DNA of 64,000 bases from an uncultured virus (IMG/VR IMGVR_UViG_3300020050_010858) (taxonomy: Duplodnaviria > Heunggongvirae > Uroviricota > Caudoviricetes): IMG/VR virus record IMGVR_UViG_3300020050_010858. One strand, 5' to 3'. Both the position numbers and the translations under genes were made by a program. Shown here piece by piece: positions 50,672 to 60,616 of this stretch. Under the pieces are notes generated by a model. That model ran no database searches. It was not told the DNA's origin and saw nothing but the letters and a program-made list of their open reading frames with translations. Each line of letters starts with the position of its first letter. The first letter of the stretch is position 1.

Positions 50672-51792
50672 TGAAGAGAACCAAGATCAAGCCCACACTC
50701 TCCCGCGTTAAGCAGGTTCTCGACTACAAACCTAAATTTATTAACGCGGATTGCGTTCATGCTCTAGCAGAAATGTCTGCAAGCTCCGTCGATTCGTGCA
50801 TAGTAGATCCACCTTACGGTTTAGGGATTCACGGTTTAGAATGGGACACAGACGTATTCAATGCGTCTGTGTGGTCGCAGGTTCTACGGGTGGCAAAACC
50901 TGGATGTCATCTTTTAGCATTCGGATCAACTAGAAAGTTTCACCGCCTGGTCACGTCTATAGAGGACTCAGGATGGGAAATCCGTGACACGCTCGGTTGG
51001 ATCTACGCGACTGGTCTCCCAAAGAATTTCAATATCAGCAAGGGTATAGATAAGTTTCGCAGGAGAGATTTTATCGAAGCAGCCATGAAGATGGGAATGC
51101 AAATACCAGGAAATAGATTGCACGATTGGACTAAATCGACCCATGCACCATCTGATAAATGGTGGGCCGAATTCAAAAAATTTATAACACCCGAACAATG
51201 GATTTCCGTGGAGAGAAAAGTAATAGGCACCAGAAACAAAGGTAAGGCTATCTTTGGGAGTTGTGATGGAGAATACGAGATAACCGAATCTAAACACCCT
51301 GACGCACGTAGATGGGATGGTTTCGGCACAGCTTTGAAGCCGTGTTGGGAACCAATCTCATTGGCGCGTAAACCAGTGGAAGGCTCCGTAGTAATGAATG
51401 TTTTGGATCATGGTACCGGCGGATTGAATATAGATGGATGCCGATTCGATGGAAAATTTCCTACCAACATCGTTAATGACGGTGACACAGGTATTTTTAC
51501 CGAAAATGTCAGCAGGTTCTTTTACTGCCCAAAACCATCTAAAATCGAGCGGCAGGGGAATACGCATCCAACGATTAAACCGGTAGAATTGATGCGTTGG
51601 TTGTGTCGGTTGATCACGCCACCTGGAGGTACTGTCCTAGATATTGCGAGCGGCTCAGGTACGACTGGTATTGCTTCATATCTTGAAGGATTCAATTCTA
51701 TTTTGATTGAAAGAGATGGAGTGACATTTCTTGAGGGAAAGAAAAGATTTGCTAATTACGTTCGTTCACATAATGGACCAGACAAAATATGA
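50668..51792 (+). CDS. DNA N4/N6 methyltransferase
   Basis: DPPYG, HPT.KP, GSGTTG. Confidence 0.88.
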   Translation: MMKRTKIKPTLSRVKQVLDYKPKFINADCVHALAEMSASSVDSCIVDPPYGLGIHGLEWDTDVFNASVWSQVLRVAKPGCHLLAFGSTRKFHRLVTSIEDSGWEIRDTLGWIYATGLPKNFNISKGIDKFRRRDFIEAAMKMGMQIPGNRLHDWTKSTHAPSDKWWAEFKKFITPEQWISVERKVIGTRNKGKAIFGSCDGEYEITESKHPDARRWDGFGTALKPCWEPISLARKPVEGSVVMNVLDHGTGGLNIDGCRFDGKFPTNIVNDGDTGIFTENVSRFFYCPKPSKIERQGNTHPTIKPVELMRWLCRLITPPGGTVLDIASGSGTTGIASYLEGFNSILIERDGVTFLEGKKRFANYVRSHNGPDKI

Positions 51793-51831
51793 GCATATGT
51801 AAGATTTTTTAGAAAAAAGGAGAATTGAGAA

Positions 51832-52556
51832 ATGAAGTACGAATCTAAGAAAACAGAGATGGGAAACATCGGCGTTTCCTACGAATCGCAAGAGTTGGCA
51901 GACAAGCAAGCCGCAGAGATGGATGCAGGAAAAAACCGAAATTGTTATAGCTGCTCCGGCTGCTCCCGCTGCTCCGACTGCTCCGACTGCTCCGGCTGCT
52001 CCGGCTGCTCCGGCTGCTCCCGCTGCTCCCGCTGCTCCGACTGCTCCGACTGCTCCGCTGCTCCGACTGCTCCGACTGCTCCGGCTGCTCCGGCTGCTCC
52101 CGCTGCTCCGGCTGCTCCCGCTGCTCCGACTGCTCCAAAGTGGCCTCTAGCGAAAATCTGAAAAATGCACGACCAACAGTCGACTCCGAAGATTCCGAGC
52201 CTGCTGTTGCGCCTGTGCCGGTCATCGCCAATATCCACCGGCGCGTGCTGGAGGCAATTACCGCCGATCCTGACACGTTCGATATGAGCCAGTGGCATGG
52301 CAAGACTGCCTGCAAGACGACGCATTGCCGGGCGGGTTACGTGACCTTCCTGGCTGGTGAGGCCGGCCGCAAGCTGGAGGAGCAAACGTCAACTCTTCAC
52401 GCCGCAATGCAGATTTACCACGCATCGTCACCCGACATCCAGGTCTCGCCTCCCCGCTTTTTCGAGCCGAACCCAATTGCCCTTGCGGACATCAAGCGAT
52501 GTGCTGCCGAGGAAGCTGAAAAATTAAACAGGGCTCGACCCCTTGGCCGTCCGTAA
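51832..52556 (+). pseudogene. Cys-Ser-X repeat protein with TTHCRAGY domain, frameshifted within the repeat
   Basis: 21 units at 51952-52139; one 8-bp unit at 52051-52058. Confidence 0.7.
51952..52139 (+). repeat. 9-bp tandem repeat TGCTCC(GAC/GGC/CGC)
   Basis: Read directly. Confidence 0.95.
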
Positions 52557-52592
52557 TGGGCGGCGAGCCTACACCGGAGGTTAGTGAATAGT

Positions 52593-52955
52593 ATGAGTCC
52601 ACAAACATTGGGCCTGATTGCACTTACGATCGCAACACTTATCTCCGTTCCTATCATCGGATTTATCTGTCAACGAAAAGGCCAGATTTACGGCGAGAAA
52701 CTTGGTGAGGAGCGGGGACGCTTATTTGGCTGGGTGGACGCTCACGACCGCGTAGCTGAGGCATTGCGCATCGATGCCGATGCACTAAGGCGAGCGCTCT
52801 TAGAACTGGAATCAGCGGATCACTCATCCGATCCAAGCGTCACCTTTGGAAAATTTGTGCGCTCTATTTCGGTGCGCAAAACAGCAGCCAATAAAAACGG
52901 CCCCGGAGTGTTAGAGCACCACCGAGGCCAAGAAATCCCAACCGACAAAAGTTAG
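52593..52955 (+). CDS. Membrane-anchored hypothetical protein
   Basis: N-terminal TM; GGAGG RBS. Confidence 0.5.
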   Translation: MSPQTLGLIALTIATLISVPIIGFICQRKGQIYGEKLGEERGRLFGWVDAHDRVAEALRIDADALRRALLELESADHSSDPSVTFGKFVRSISVRKTAANKNGPGVLEHHRGQEIPTDKS

Positions 52956-52961
52956 AATCCT

Positions 52962-53882
52962 ATGAGCACTGAAACCACTGAAACCGCCCCGGCGCAAGTA
53001 AAAAAAGCGTCTAAGCTTAAAGCGCGCGACCCCAAAACCGCCGAACCGTCGAAACCGAAAATCCTTCTTTTCGGCAAACCAGGTATAGGCAAGACCTGGT
53101 TCGCACTTGATTTTCCAAACTGCTATTACTTCGATACTGAGGGAGGGGCGAACCTTGAGCATTACTCGGCCAAGCTTTCGGCGGCCGGCGGCAAATACCT
53201 CGGACCAGAAGACGGGACTCTGGATTTCAGCTTCCTGCTTAGTCAGATCGAAGCCCTGTGCACGGAAGATCACGGCTTCAAGACACTGGTCGTTGATAGC
53301 ATAAGTAAGATCTTTAACACGGCGGTTGCGGTCACGAGTGAACAGCTTGGAGAAAAGGATGCCTTCGGCGCCAGCAAGAAGCCCGCTGTTGCAATGATGC
53401 GCCGCTTGATTGCCTGGCTTGGACGTCTCGACATGAACGTTCTTTTGATTGCTCACGAAAAGCCCGAATGGGGCTTAAACACAAAGGGTGAGCGGGTTGA
53501 AATGGGCGCCACCTTCGACGCCTGGGATAAACTTGAATATGAGCTTCACTTAGCGGTGCACGCACAGAAGCGCGGCAACTCCCGAGTCATGATTGTGCGT
53601 AAGTCGCGCCTACTCGGATTTCCAGACGGAGAGACTATGCCTCTCGACTTCCTCGACTTTGCAAAGCGCTACGGCCGCGACGTTATCAACAAGGATGCGG
53701 CAATGATCGTGCTGGCTTCTACAGAACAGGTCTCAGAAATCCAACGCCTAGTGTCGGTGCTCAAGGTTGCGGACGACGAAATTCAAAAAATCTTCACAAA
53801 AGCCGGCGTCGATTCATGGCACGAGCTGACGCGAGATCAGGCTGAAAAGTCAATCTCATGGCTTAAATCCAAACTTAACTAA
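52962..53882 (+). CDS. AAA_24 / Sak4-like ATPase
   Basis: GKPGIGKT, DTEGG, TLVVDS, IAHE. Confidence 0.85.
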   Translation: MSTETTETAPAQVKKASKLKARDPKTAEPSKPKILLFGKPGIGKTWFALDFPNCYYFDTEGGANLEHYSAKLSAAGGKYLGPEDGTLDFSFLLSQIEALCTEDHGFKTLVVDSISKIFNTAVAVTSEQLGEKDAFGASKKPAVAMMRRLIAWLGRLDMNVLLIAHEKPEWGLNTKGERVEMGATFDAWDKLEYELHLAVHAQKRGNSRVMIVRKSRLLGFPDGETMPLDFLDFAKRYGRDVINKDAAMIVLASTEQVSEIQRLVSVLKVADDEIQKIFTKAGVDSWHELTRDQAEKSISWLKSKLN

Positions 53883-53886
53883 TTCA

Positions 53887-54360
53887 ATGAAATTCACACC
53901 TAAAACCCAGGAACAAATCGACACGGAAAATCTACTGCCAGAGGGCGCATACGATGCTGAAATCACGAGCGCGGAGGAGAAGACCAGCAAGAAGGGAAAT
54001 CCAATGATCGAGGTCAATCTTAAGGTCTATGGCGCTAATGGAGGGTTCCGCATCGTTCGCGATTGGCTGATGGAGGCGGTTCCTCACAAGCTTCTTCACT
54101 GCGCTGAAAGCCTTAACCTGCGCGCTGAATACGACGCAGGGGAAATAACATCTGTTCTATTACAAGGCAAAAGCACTGCCGTCCTAATTGGCCAGAATGC
54201 AGCAATCGGCGACTTTCGTGCGTCGAACAAGGTTATCGACTACCTAACCGCCACGCAACTCGCGGACCATCGATCGCGCCCGCCAAAGGCAACAAAGCCT
54301 TCGGTAACATCGGCGGGCAATTCGCTTCCTACGTCCGAGGACGACGACATTCCATTTTGA
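53887..54360 (+). CDS. DUF669-like ssDNA-binding protein
   Basis: LPEG.Y...I..AE.K.SK.GN.M; C-terminal DDDIPF. Confidence 0.8.
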   Translation: MKFTPKTQEQIDTENLLPEGAYDAEITSAEEKTSKKGNPMIEVNLKVYGANGGFRIVRDWLMEAVPHKLLHCAESLNLRAEYDAGEITSVLLQGKSTAVLIGQNAAIGDFRASNKVIDYLTATQLADHRSRPPKATKPSVTSAGNSLPTSEDDDIPF

Positions 54361-54371
54361 GGGTCTAAGCC

Positions 54372-54842
54372 ATGCGTCGCAAATCCAAATTATCAGGCAA
54401 GCTCAGGAAGTCCTCAGGTTGGGACAGGCATAGCGAACAGCGAAAGGCGGTGCGCTGCCTCTGCATTCGGAAATATTGCCGACGAACACCCAGGCGAAAC
54501 CGGCGGGTTTGCGACACTTGCGACTCGCGAGAGAAGTTTGCGAAGCACCCAATCTTGCGACTTTTCCACAACCTAAAGACTCACGCAAAGATGCGAAAGA
54601 AGCCCTTCGCTCTGAAATACGAATGGTTCAAAAAGTGGGCGATCCGCTGCGGATACGATCGCCTACACGGCACGTCGGCAAGCTCCCTTACTGTAGATCG
54701 TCGCGACCACAAAAAAGGCTATGTCGTCGGAAATATCCGGCCTCTTTCTCATTCGGAAAACTCGCGCAAAGGATATTTCGAGCGCTTCGAGAAACCCTGG
54801 GAAGTCGCTTCCTCACCATCAGATTATCCACACCCATTCTAA
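54372..54842 (+). CDS. HNH-like endonuclease
   Basis: TVDRRD..KGY..GNI......N..K. Confidence 0.65.
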   Translation: MRRKSKLSGKLRKSSGWDRHSEQRKAVRCLCIRKYCRRTPRRNRRVCDTCDSREKFAKHPILRLFHNLKTHAKMRKKPFALKYEWFKKWAIRCGYDRLHGTSASSLTVDRRDHKKGYVVGNIRPLSHSENSRKGYFERFEKPWEVASSPSDYPHPF

Positions 54843-55428
54843 ACCTATGTTCAAAATCACTATCACGGAAATCCCTAGTCCAATCGCCCCTCGTCCAATC
54901 GCCCCTCGTCAGCTCGAAATCGGAGAGGTTGCCGAATTGCCACTAATTCAGCCGGTCGAGCGGTATTCGCAAACCGTCGATGCAATCAACCTTCCCGCTG
55001 TCATGGCGGCCGTAAATCGGCAGCCGAGGCGGAAGCGCTCTCCAAATATAAAAGCATGAAATACGAGGACATGAGCCCGCCTGAAACATTCGTCTTTTTC
55101 AGAGAAGGATTCTTTTATCCCGTGGAAATTCCTGTCGAATCCATCGCCGATAACGCCGCTCTGAATCCCGGAACGCTGCGGGTTGAAGATTTGTGCGGTC
55201 GTGTCATGTGGTCACATGCGCAGGTCTAGGACAGTAGGGCGACCGGAACTAATCGATGAGCTCCATTTTCTCTACGGATCAACAAGCGCAAACGACCTGA
55301 TGAATATTCTAACCGACCTCGCCCAAATATCCGATTTAGCCGTCGATCTATCCGACGTGCCGGATTCGGATTTGATGCGGGCTAGAAATCGCGCGCTTAA
55401 CTCTGAAAGGAAGGCGGCATGAAAGTTT

Positions 55429-55748
55429 ATGCAAAAAATCAACCTTCACCTGTGGCTTCCGCTCTACCGTACACCCAGCCTCAACGAATACAGAGTCGGA
55501 CACTTCCGCCGCCGTATGAAGCTGAAAGAGGAGGCGAGGTGCGCATTGACGTCGTCATTACTCGACGCTCTTGCCGACTACTCGACGACGACAATCTGTA
55601 CGGAGGAGCGAAGCCGCTTATTGATAGCCTGCGCGAGCTTGGCCTCATCCCGGACGACGACACGAAAACGATCAAGCTTGAATGCCGGCAGGTCCGGGTC
55701 TCGAGTCGTGCACAAGAAGGTGTTGAGCTTGAAATAAAGCATCCATAG
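55429..55748 (+). CDS. RusA-like resolvase split over two overlapping frames
   Basis: PSLN N-terminus in the 55429 frame; DDDNL..K...D.L..G.I.DD in the 55419 frame. Confidence 0.65.
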
Positions 55749-55750
55749 TA

Positions 55751-56674
55751 ATGGCCTCACTGCCCTATATGCAGTTTTTCCCCTCCGATTGGATGGCAGA
55801 TTGCCAAGTTCTGTCGTTGGCTGCGCGCGGGGCATGGCAGACGATTATTTGTAAGGCATGGCACCCTTCCACAAGGGGTGTAATCACCATGAAATTACCG
55901 GCTATAGCCAGGCTATTAGGGGCTACCGTGGAAGAGGCGGAAAAAGCAATATGTGAGATTTCAGAAACGCAGATCGGCGACGTCAAAAACAACGAAGACG
56001 GAACGATTACCATCATTTGTCGCCGTGCAAAACGCGACTGGGAGAGTGCCGAAACTCGTCATTCTTCTCTGTCGGAGGCCGGATCTAAGGGCGCGGCAAA
56101 ACGTTGGAAAAAGCCCGATAGCCAGGCCAATAGCCACCCCATCGAAAGGCCAATGGCAATCCAGAAGCTAGAAGCTAGAAGCCATATTATACCCCCAACC
56201 CCCAAAGCGAAGACGCCGAAACCCGATCGAATCCCAACCACTGAGTCAGCCAAGCGAATCGCTTCGCTCTTCGCGCGCCGTCTGACGACGGCTTGGAGCG
56301 AGAAAGAGGTCAAGGCTTTCAAGTCTCTCGGAGATGTGGTTCCAGACGACCTGGCTGCAATTGAACGCTACTATGCCGTAGAGCGCGCCAAGGGACCTGA
56401 CGCCGGCCGACATCGGAGGGACCTACTAACGTTTCTGAATAACTTTCCTGGCGAAGTTGATAGGGCGAGAGCAAAACAGCCGCGCCCATGCACAGGAGCC
56501 ACCTCGACGCTCGAGCTTGTTCGCCAGCGCGCCCTGGTCTTCGGGCTTGTAGCCTTCCGCGAGTGGATGCGGATTGAGTACGGCGACAGAGCTGAAGGCG
56601 AGGACGATCTACACACTGTCACTCGCGAAGGACTGATCGTCGATTTTCTACGTTCAAAAGGAGCATTAGCATGA
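55751..56674 (+). CDS. Replication initiator (DUF1376/YdaU-like N-terminus)
   Basis: PYMQFFPSDW..D...LS..ARGAW; G.KGA.KRW. Confidence 0.8.
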   Translation: MASLPYMQFFPSDWMADCQVLSLAARGAWQTIICKAWHPSTRGVITMKLPAIARLLGATVEEAEKAICEISETQIGDVKNNEDGTITIICRRAKRDWESAETRHSSLSEAGSKGAAKRWKKPDSQANSHPIERPMAIQKLEARSHIIPPTPKAKTPKPDRIPTTESAKRIASLFARRLTTAWSEKEVKAFKSLGDVVPDDLAAIERYYAVERAKGPDAGRHRRDLLTFLNNFPGEVDRARAKQPRPCTGATSTLELVRQRALVFGLVAFREWMRIEYGDRAEGEDDLHTVTREGLIVDFLRSKGALA

Positions 56675-56699
56675 ACCCATCCGACCCTATTACAATTAT

Positions 56700-57215
56700 A
56701 TGAAAGCTCATCAAAGCAGTACTGGAAAAAACGACGAGTGGTTAACGCCGCGATGGATATTGGAACCGCTTGGTGCGTTCGATCTCGATCCTGCCTCACC
56801 CGTGAGGCGGCCATGGCCTACCGCTCGCCATCACATGACCGTTGAGGATGATGGTCTGGCTAGCAAGTGGTTTGGTCGCGTATGGCTAAATCCTCCGTTC
56901 AACCGCTATCAACGGCCTAAGTGGATGCAGGCAATGGCGGGGCATGGTAATGGGATCATGCTGATTCCTGCTGCCACAGAGACCGCGGCCTTTACGAAAT
57001 GGGTCTGGAAAGAAGCGAATGCAGTTTGCTTTGTGGCAACCCGGCCACACTTTCACTTAGTCACCGGCGAGCGAGCAAAGGCCAACTGCGGCTGCTCAAT
57101 CGCGCTAGCGGCCTATGGCGAGGACAACGCACGAATCTTAGAGCGTAGCAGGCTCGGAGCCACACTCCGCCTGCGCGCCCACCACCCAACCCATCAACCG
57201 AGTGAGCGAAAATGA
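56700..57215 (+). CDS. Phage adenine methyltransferase
   Basis: DEWLTP, FDLDPA, DGL...W.GRVWLNPPF. Confidence 0.85.
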   Translation: MKAHQSSTGKNDEWLTPRWILEPLGAFDLDPASPVRRPWPTARHHMTVEDDGLASKWFGRVWLNPPFNRYQRPKWMQAMAGHGNGIMLIPAATETAAFTKWVWKEANAVCFVATRPHFHLVTGERAKANCGCSIALAAYGEDNARILERSRLGATLRLRAHHPTHQPSERK

Positions 57216-57522
57216 GTGATGCGCAAACTTGTGTTTGTCGAAACGAGACACGCTCTGGACGCTCGCCGTGTGCGCGTTCGCTGGATGGTGGGTGTGGTGG
57301 GTGCCGCTGGCACTCTTCGCAACGCACTTCGCGCAGGATCGAACGAACATCATCATGTGGTGGATGAAGCTGCCGTGGAAGGATCAAACCGCCTTTACAA
57401 CTGGACCTTGCTCGCCGTGGTCGATCATCGTGGTCGATAACGTCTGGCACATCGTGACCCTCTACGTGGTGGCGTATGTATTGGTCTAACGCAGAGGTCA
57501 GGAATCCTCACCCAGAAAAACC

Positions 57523-57930
57523 ATGAATATGAATAAAGCAATCAAAACAAAATCGGCCTCATCGAAGCCCCAAGTCGCGGCGGGTGGGGATTCCCTGGAC
57601 CGCCTTGTTCGCCTGCGTTTGGCGATGTGGGCGGAGGGGTGGACATCCGAGGATCAACTCACGACAAACGGATGGGGAAGCGGACTTGGATACTCTATCT
57701 GGTTCAACCGATGGGACTGGCACGGCAAAAGGCTGACGGCCTTCCGCGCAACCTACCACGCGCACGGGCTGGCCAGGGATGGAATCCTGAGCGTCGCAGA
57801 AAAAGCGGCGGCACTGGCGCGGGAGGCGTGGGAGAGGTTCCCAGACGAACCACCAAATCAGATGGCTCATTACGTGCTGCAATCGCCGGGGGATTATGTC
57901 TTGGCGAACGATCAGTTATGCCAGCCATGA
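57523..57930 (+). CDS. Cassette hypothetical protein
   Basis: Starts and ends inside attC sites. Confidence 0.55.
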   Translation: MNMNKAIKTKSASSKPQVAAGGDSLDRLVRLRLAMWAEGWTSEDQLTTNGWGSGLGYSIWFNRWDWHGKRLTAFRATYHAHGLARDGILSVAEKAAALAREAWERFPDEPPNQMAHYVLQSPGDYVLANDQLCQP

Positions 57931-58496
57931 GCGCCAACGACGATCTTTTCACGCTAGAGCCAGCCGCGAAGGGCTTGGCATCAGCGTCTTGTTCAGCGGT
58001 TCTTTCGAGCTGCGGACAGTATCGCTACGAGCTTTGGAGGCGATGGGCAGAGGGGCCGCATGTGCTCTTCATAATGCTCAATCCATCGACCGCCGACGCC
58101 ACGAATGACGACGCCACAATCCGCAAGTGCGTGGCTTACGCGAAGCGGTGGGGTTTCGGGGCGCTGTGCGTTGGGAACCTCTTCGCCTTCCGTGCGACTG
58201 ACCCGAAGGACATGAAAGCCGCTGCCGATCCAATTGGGCCGGAGAACAACGCCACACTCGCAAGGCTGGCAAGCGAGGCAGGTGTGATCGTGGCTGCTTG
58301 GGGAGCGCATGGCACGCACATGAGCCGCGACAAGTCAGTGATGAAGATGCTGCCGACAATCAACGCCCTGCACGTCACGAAAGACGGCTCGCCGGGGCAT
58401 CCGCTCTACCTCAAAGGTGACGCCACGCCCTTTCCGCTGAACGCAGAGTTAACGCGCGGCGTAGCCGTCGCGTTGAACGCCGGGTTAGAGCCATGA
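57927..58496 (+). CDS. DUF1643-family protein (cassette)
   Basis: YRYEL.R.W...FIMLNPSTAD...DD.TIRKC...NLFA.RAT.P...HPLY. Confidence 0.88.
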   Translation: MSANDDLFTLEPAAKGLASASCSAVLSSCGQYRYELWRRWAEGPHVLFIMLNPSTADATNDDATIRKCVAYAKRWGFGALCVGNLFAFRATDPKDMKAAADPIGPENNATLARLASEAGVIVAAWGAHGTHMSRDKSVMKMLPTINALHVTKDGSPGHPLYLKGDATPFPLNAELTRGVAVALNAGLEP

Positions 58497-58906
58497 CGCA
58501 CCACCGCGTGACGCCGATGGGCCAGGCGATGGGGAAGAGCGCCGCGCGACTGGCGCAGCTTGGCCGCCTACGGCTCGAAGCCGCTGGGCTGACGAACCTG
58601 AAGCTGCCCGCGATGCGCGACGAGATGTGCAAAACCTGCGCTGGTCGAGAGGGAACCGTGCCGAACGGCTGCCTGCAAACGCAGCTCGATTTTCTGAAAG
58701 CGGTGGTTGATGGTCAGAGATTTTTATGTCATTCGCCAAAAGATGGCCGGATGTGCGCTGGTTGGGTGGCCGCACGCGCTGAGCATGTGGCAAACCCGCT
58801 GCCGAGCGAGGCTCAGGAGTTTTTAGCGCGCTGGGAATATTCACCGCCCGATGCCGATGGCTCTAACACCACGATGAGCTGCACAGCCCCGAAGGAGGAC
58901 GCATGA
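58493..58906 (+). CDS. Cys-rich hypothetical protein (cassette)
   Basis: C..CA, FLCH, CAGW. Confidence 0.6.
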   Translation: MTHHRVTPMGQAMGKSAARLAQLGRLRLEAAGLTNLKLPAMRDEMCKTCAGREGTVPNGCLQTQLDFLKAVVDGQRFLCHSPKDGRMCAGWVAARAEHVANPLPSEAQEFLARWEYSPPDADGSNTTMSCTAPKEDA

Positions 58907-59151
58907 ATCCAGAGCAAAGCGTGGACGGGGCTGTGTTAGCTCCATCGACTGTTCGGCCTATGCCGATAGAAATGAGGCGATGGCTGAAATATCAACTCGA
59001 AAAAGCAAGGCAGCCGATTCCGGAATCTGATCGCAAATATCCACTCAGGGTCATGCTGTATGAGTCCAATCGTGAAATGATGGAGGAGTGGGATAAATGG
59101 ATCGAATCGCTGCCCTCTTTTGATCAGCCGAACGATAAAATCCTGCCATGA
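58903..59151 (+). CDS. Cassette hypothetical protein
   Basis: RBS AGGAGG and ATG lie inside the attC loop. Confidence 0.55.
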   Translation: MNPEQSVDGAVLAPSTVRPMPIEMRRWLKYQLEKARQPIPESDRKYPLRVMLYESNREMMEEWDKWIESLPSFDQPNDKILP

Positions 59152-59921
59152 CTCCCGCGCCCTTCCAGCTCGATTCTGAACCGACTCCCTCGCGGGAGTC
59201 ATTGGCAGCGATGCCTTGTTGTGGATCTTTGGATCTGCGCTTGGCTGACTGCATGGAGGTGATGAAAACCTTCCCGGATGGCCACTTCGACCTTGCGATA
59301 GTCGACCCGCCTTACGGACTCGGTGACGCTCTGGTCGCTGGTGGAACATGGTCGGTTAAGTATCAAGCCAAGGGGGCGAAATGGGACGTGAAGCCGGAGG
59401 CTGAATACTTCGAAGAACTCCAGCGCGTGGCGAAAAACTGGATCATATGGGGCGCGAACTACTACTCGCAACACCTCCCGCCAACGCGGGGCTTCGTCGT
59501 CTGGCACAAGCCGAACATGGAAGGAATGCACACGATGGCGAACTGTGAGCTGGCATGGACGAGCTTCGACCGGAATGCCAAGACGGTATCAATCACGCGG
59601 CCAAACGAAGACAGAATCCACGTCTGCCAGAAGCCGGTGAAGCTCTATGACTGGCTCCTGGCAAACTTCTCGAAACCGGGCGAGCGGGTGCTGGATACGC
59701 ACATGGGAAGCGGAAGCATCGCCATTGCGGCTCACTACGCCGGGGTGCATCTGACGGCCTGCGAGATCGACCCGGAATACTTCCACGCGGCCAAGGCGCG
59801 AATCGAAAAGGAGACGCGCCAAATGGACTTCTTCAATCTCCACAACGACGGAACTCAGCGACCCGGCTCACCGGACGGGTCGCTTGCAACTGAAACGCGA
59901 AAGCCGGGTTCGCTGAAGTGA
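59148..59921 (+). CDS. DNA N4/N6 methyltransferase (cassette)
   Basis: DPPYG, WGANY, ELAWTS, H..QKP, GSGS. Confidence 0.9.
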   Translation: MTPAPFQLDSEPTPSRESLAAMPCCGSLDLRLADCMEVMKTFPDGHFDLAIVDPPYGLGDALVAGGTWSVKYQAKGAKWDVKPEAEYFEELQRVAKNWIIWGANYYSQHLPPTRGFVVWHKPNMEGMHTMANCELAWTSFDRNAKTVSITRPNEDRIHVCQKPVKLYDWLLANFSKPGERVLDTHMGSGSIAIAAHYAGVHLTACEIDPEYFHAAKARIEKETRQMDFFNLHNDGTQRPGSPDGSLATETRKPGSLK

Positions 59922-59952
59922 CTGGTTAGACCACGGCAACAACACCAAAAAT

Positions 59953-60273
59953 ATGACAAACCAAAGACTAAGAAACCTGACTACTGGCCGACTCCACACG
60001 GAAATGGGCCACATCTACGAAGACCTCGGAATCATCACCGGCGAGGAAGGGCTGATGACTCACATGCTACCGAGAGCAATGCGCGCCTGTGAACCGTGGC
60101 TGCGCGAGCACGTCACCGACCCGCGCTTCTGGGATGGCGAATACGATACAACGCACACCGGAGAAACCGAACTCCCGACGCCAAGCGAGGCCGACCGCAA
60201 GGCGATGTTCGAGCGATACGCGGAACAACCGAATCCACTCGCTGGCAAAGAGGTCATAGGCGTAGTGGTCTAA
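59953..60273 (+). CDS. Cassette hypothetical protein
   Basis: Stop TAA lies inside the R'' box GTCTAAC. Confidence 0.65.
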   Translation: MTNQRLRNLTTGRLHTEMGHIYEDLGIITGEEGLMTHMLPRAMRACEPWLREHVTDPRFWDGEYDTTHTGETELPTPSEADRKAMFERYAEQPNPLAGKEVIGVVV

Positions 60274-60616
60274 CAGGTAGAAAACCAAAGAAACTTCGTA
60301 TAAACGAAAAATCACTCTGTTAAATAACCATAGACATACGCGCATGTCGTGATAGATTGAATGAAATGAAAGTAACAATTTGGAAAAATTTTGGAAAACG
60401 GAAAGGGCTATCTATCTCAAAAGATTGCTCGCCGATTGGACTTGTTGAAATTTGGAACAGTATTTCCAATATGGGAAATCTCAAATCTGATGCCGTATCA
60501 GATCTAATGTTCATGCGAGCCAGTAGGATGCTTCGTCTATCTATCGAGGCTGGGGCAACTCCATTCAATCTTACTGAAAGAAAAGGATACCAAATCATCC
60601 AGGCGGAGGTTGAGTT

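Noticed and set aside
52522..52587. Additional attC-like hairpin ending in GTTAGTG
   Set aside because: Weak R'' pairing and no matching cassette end found
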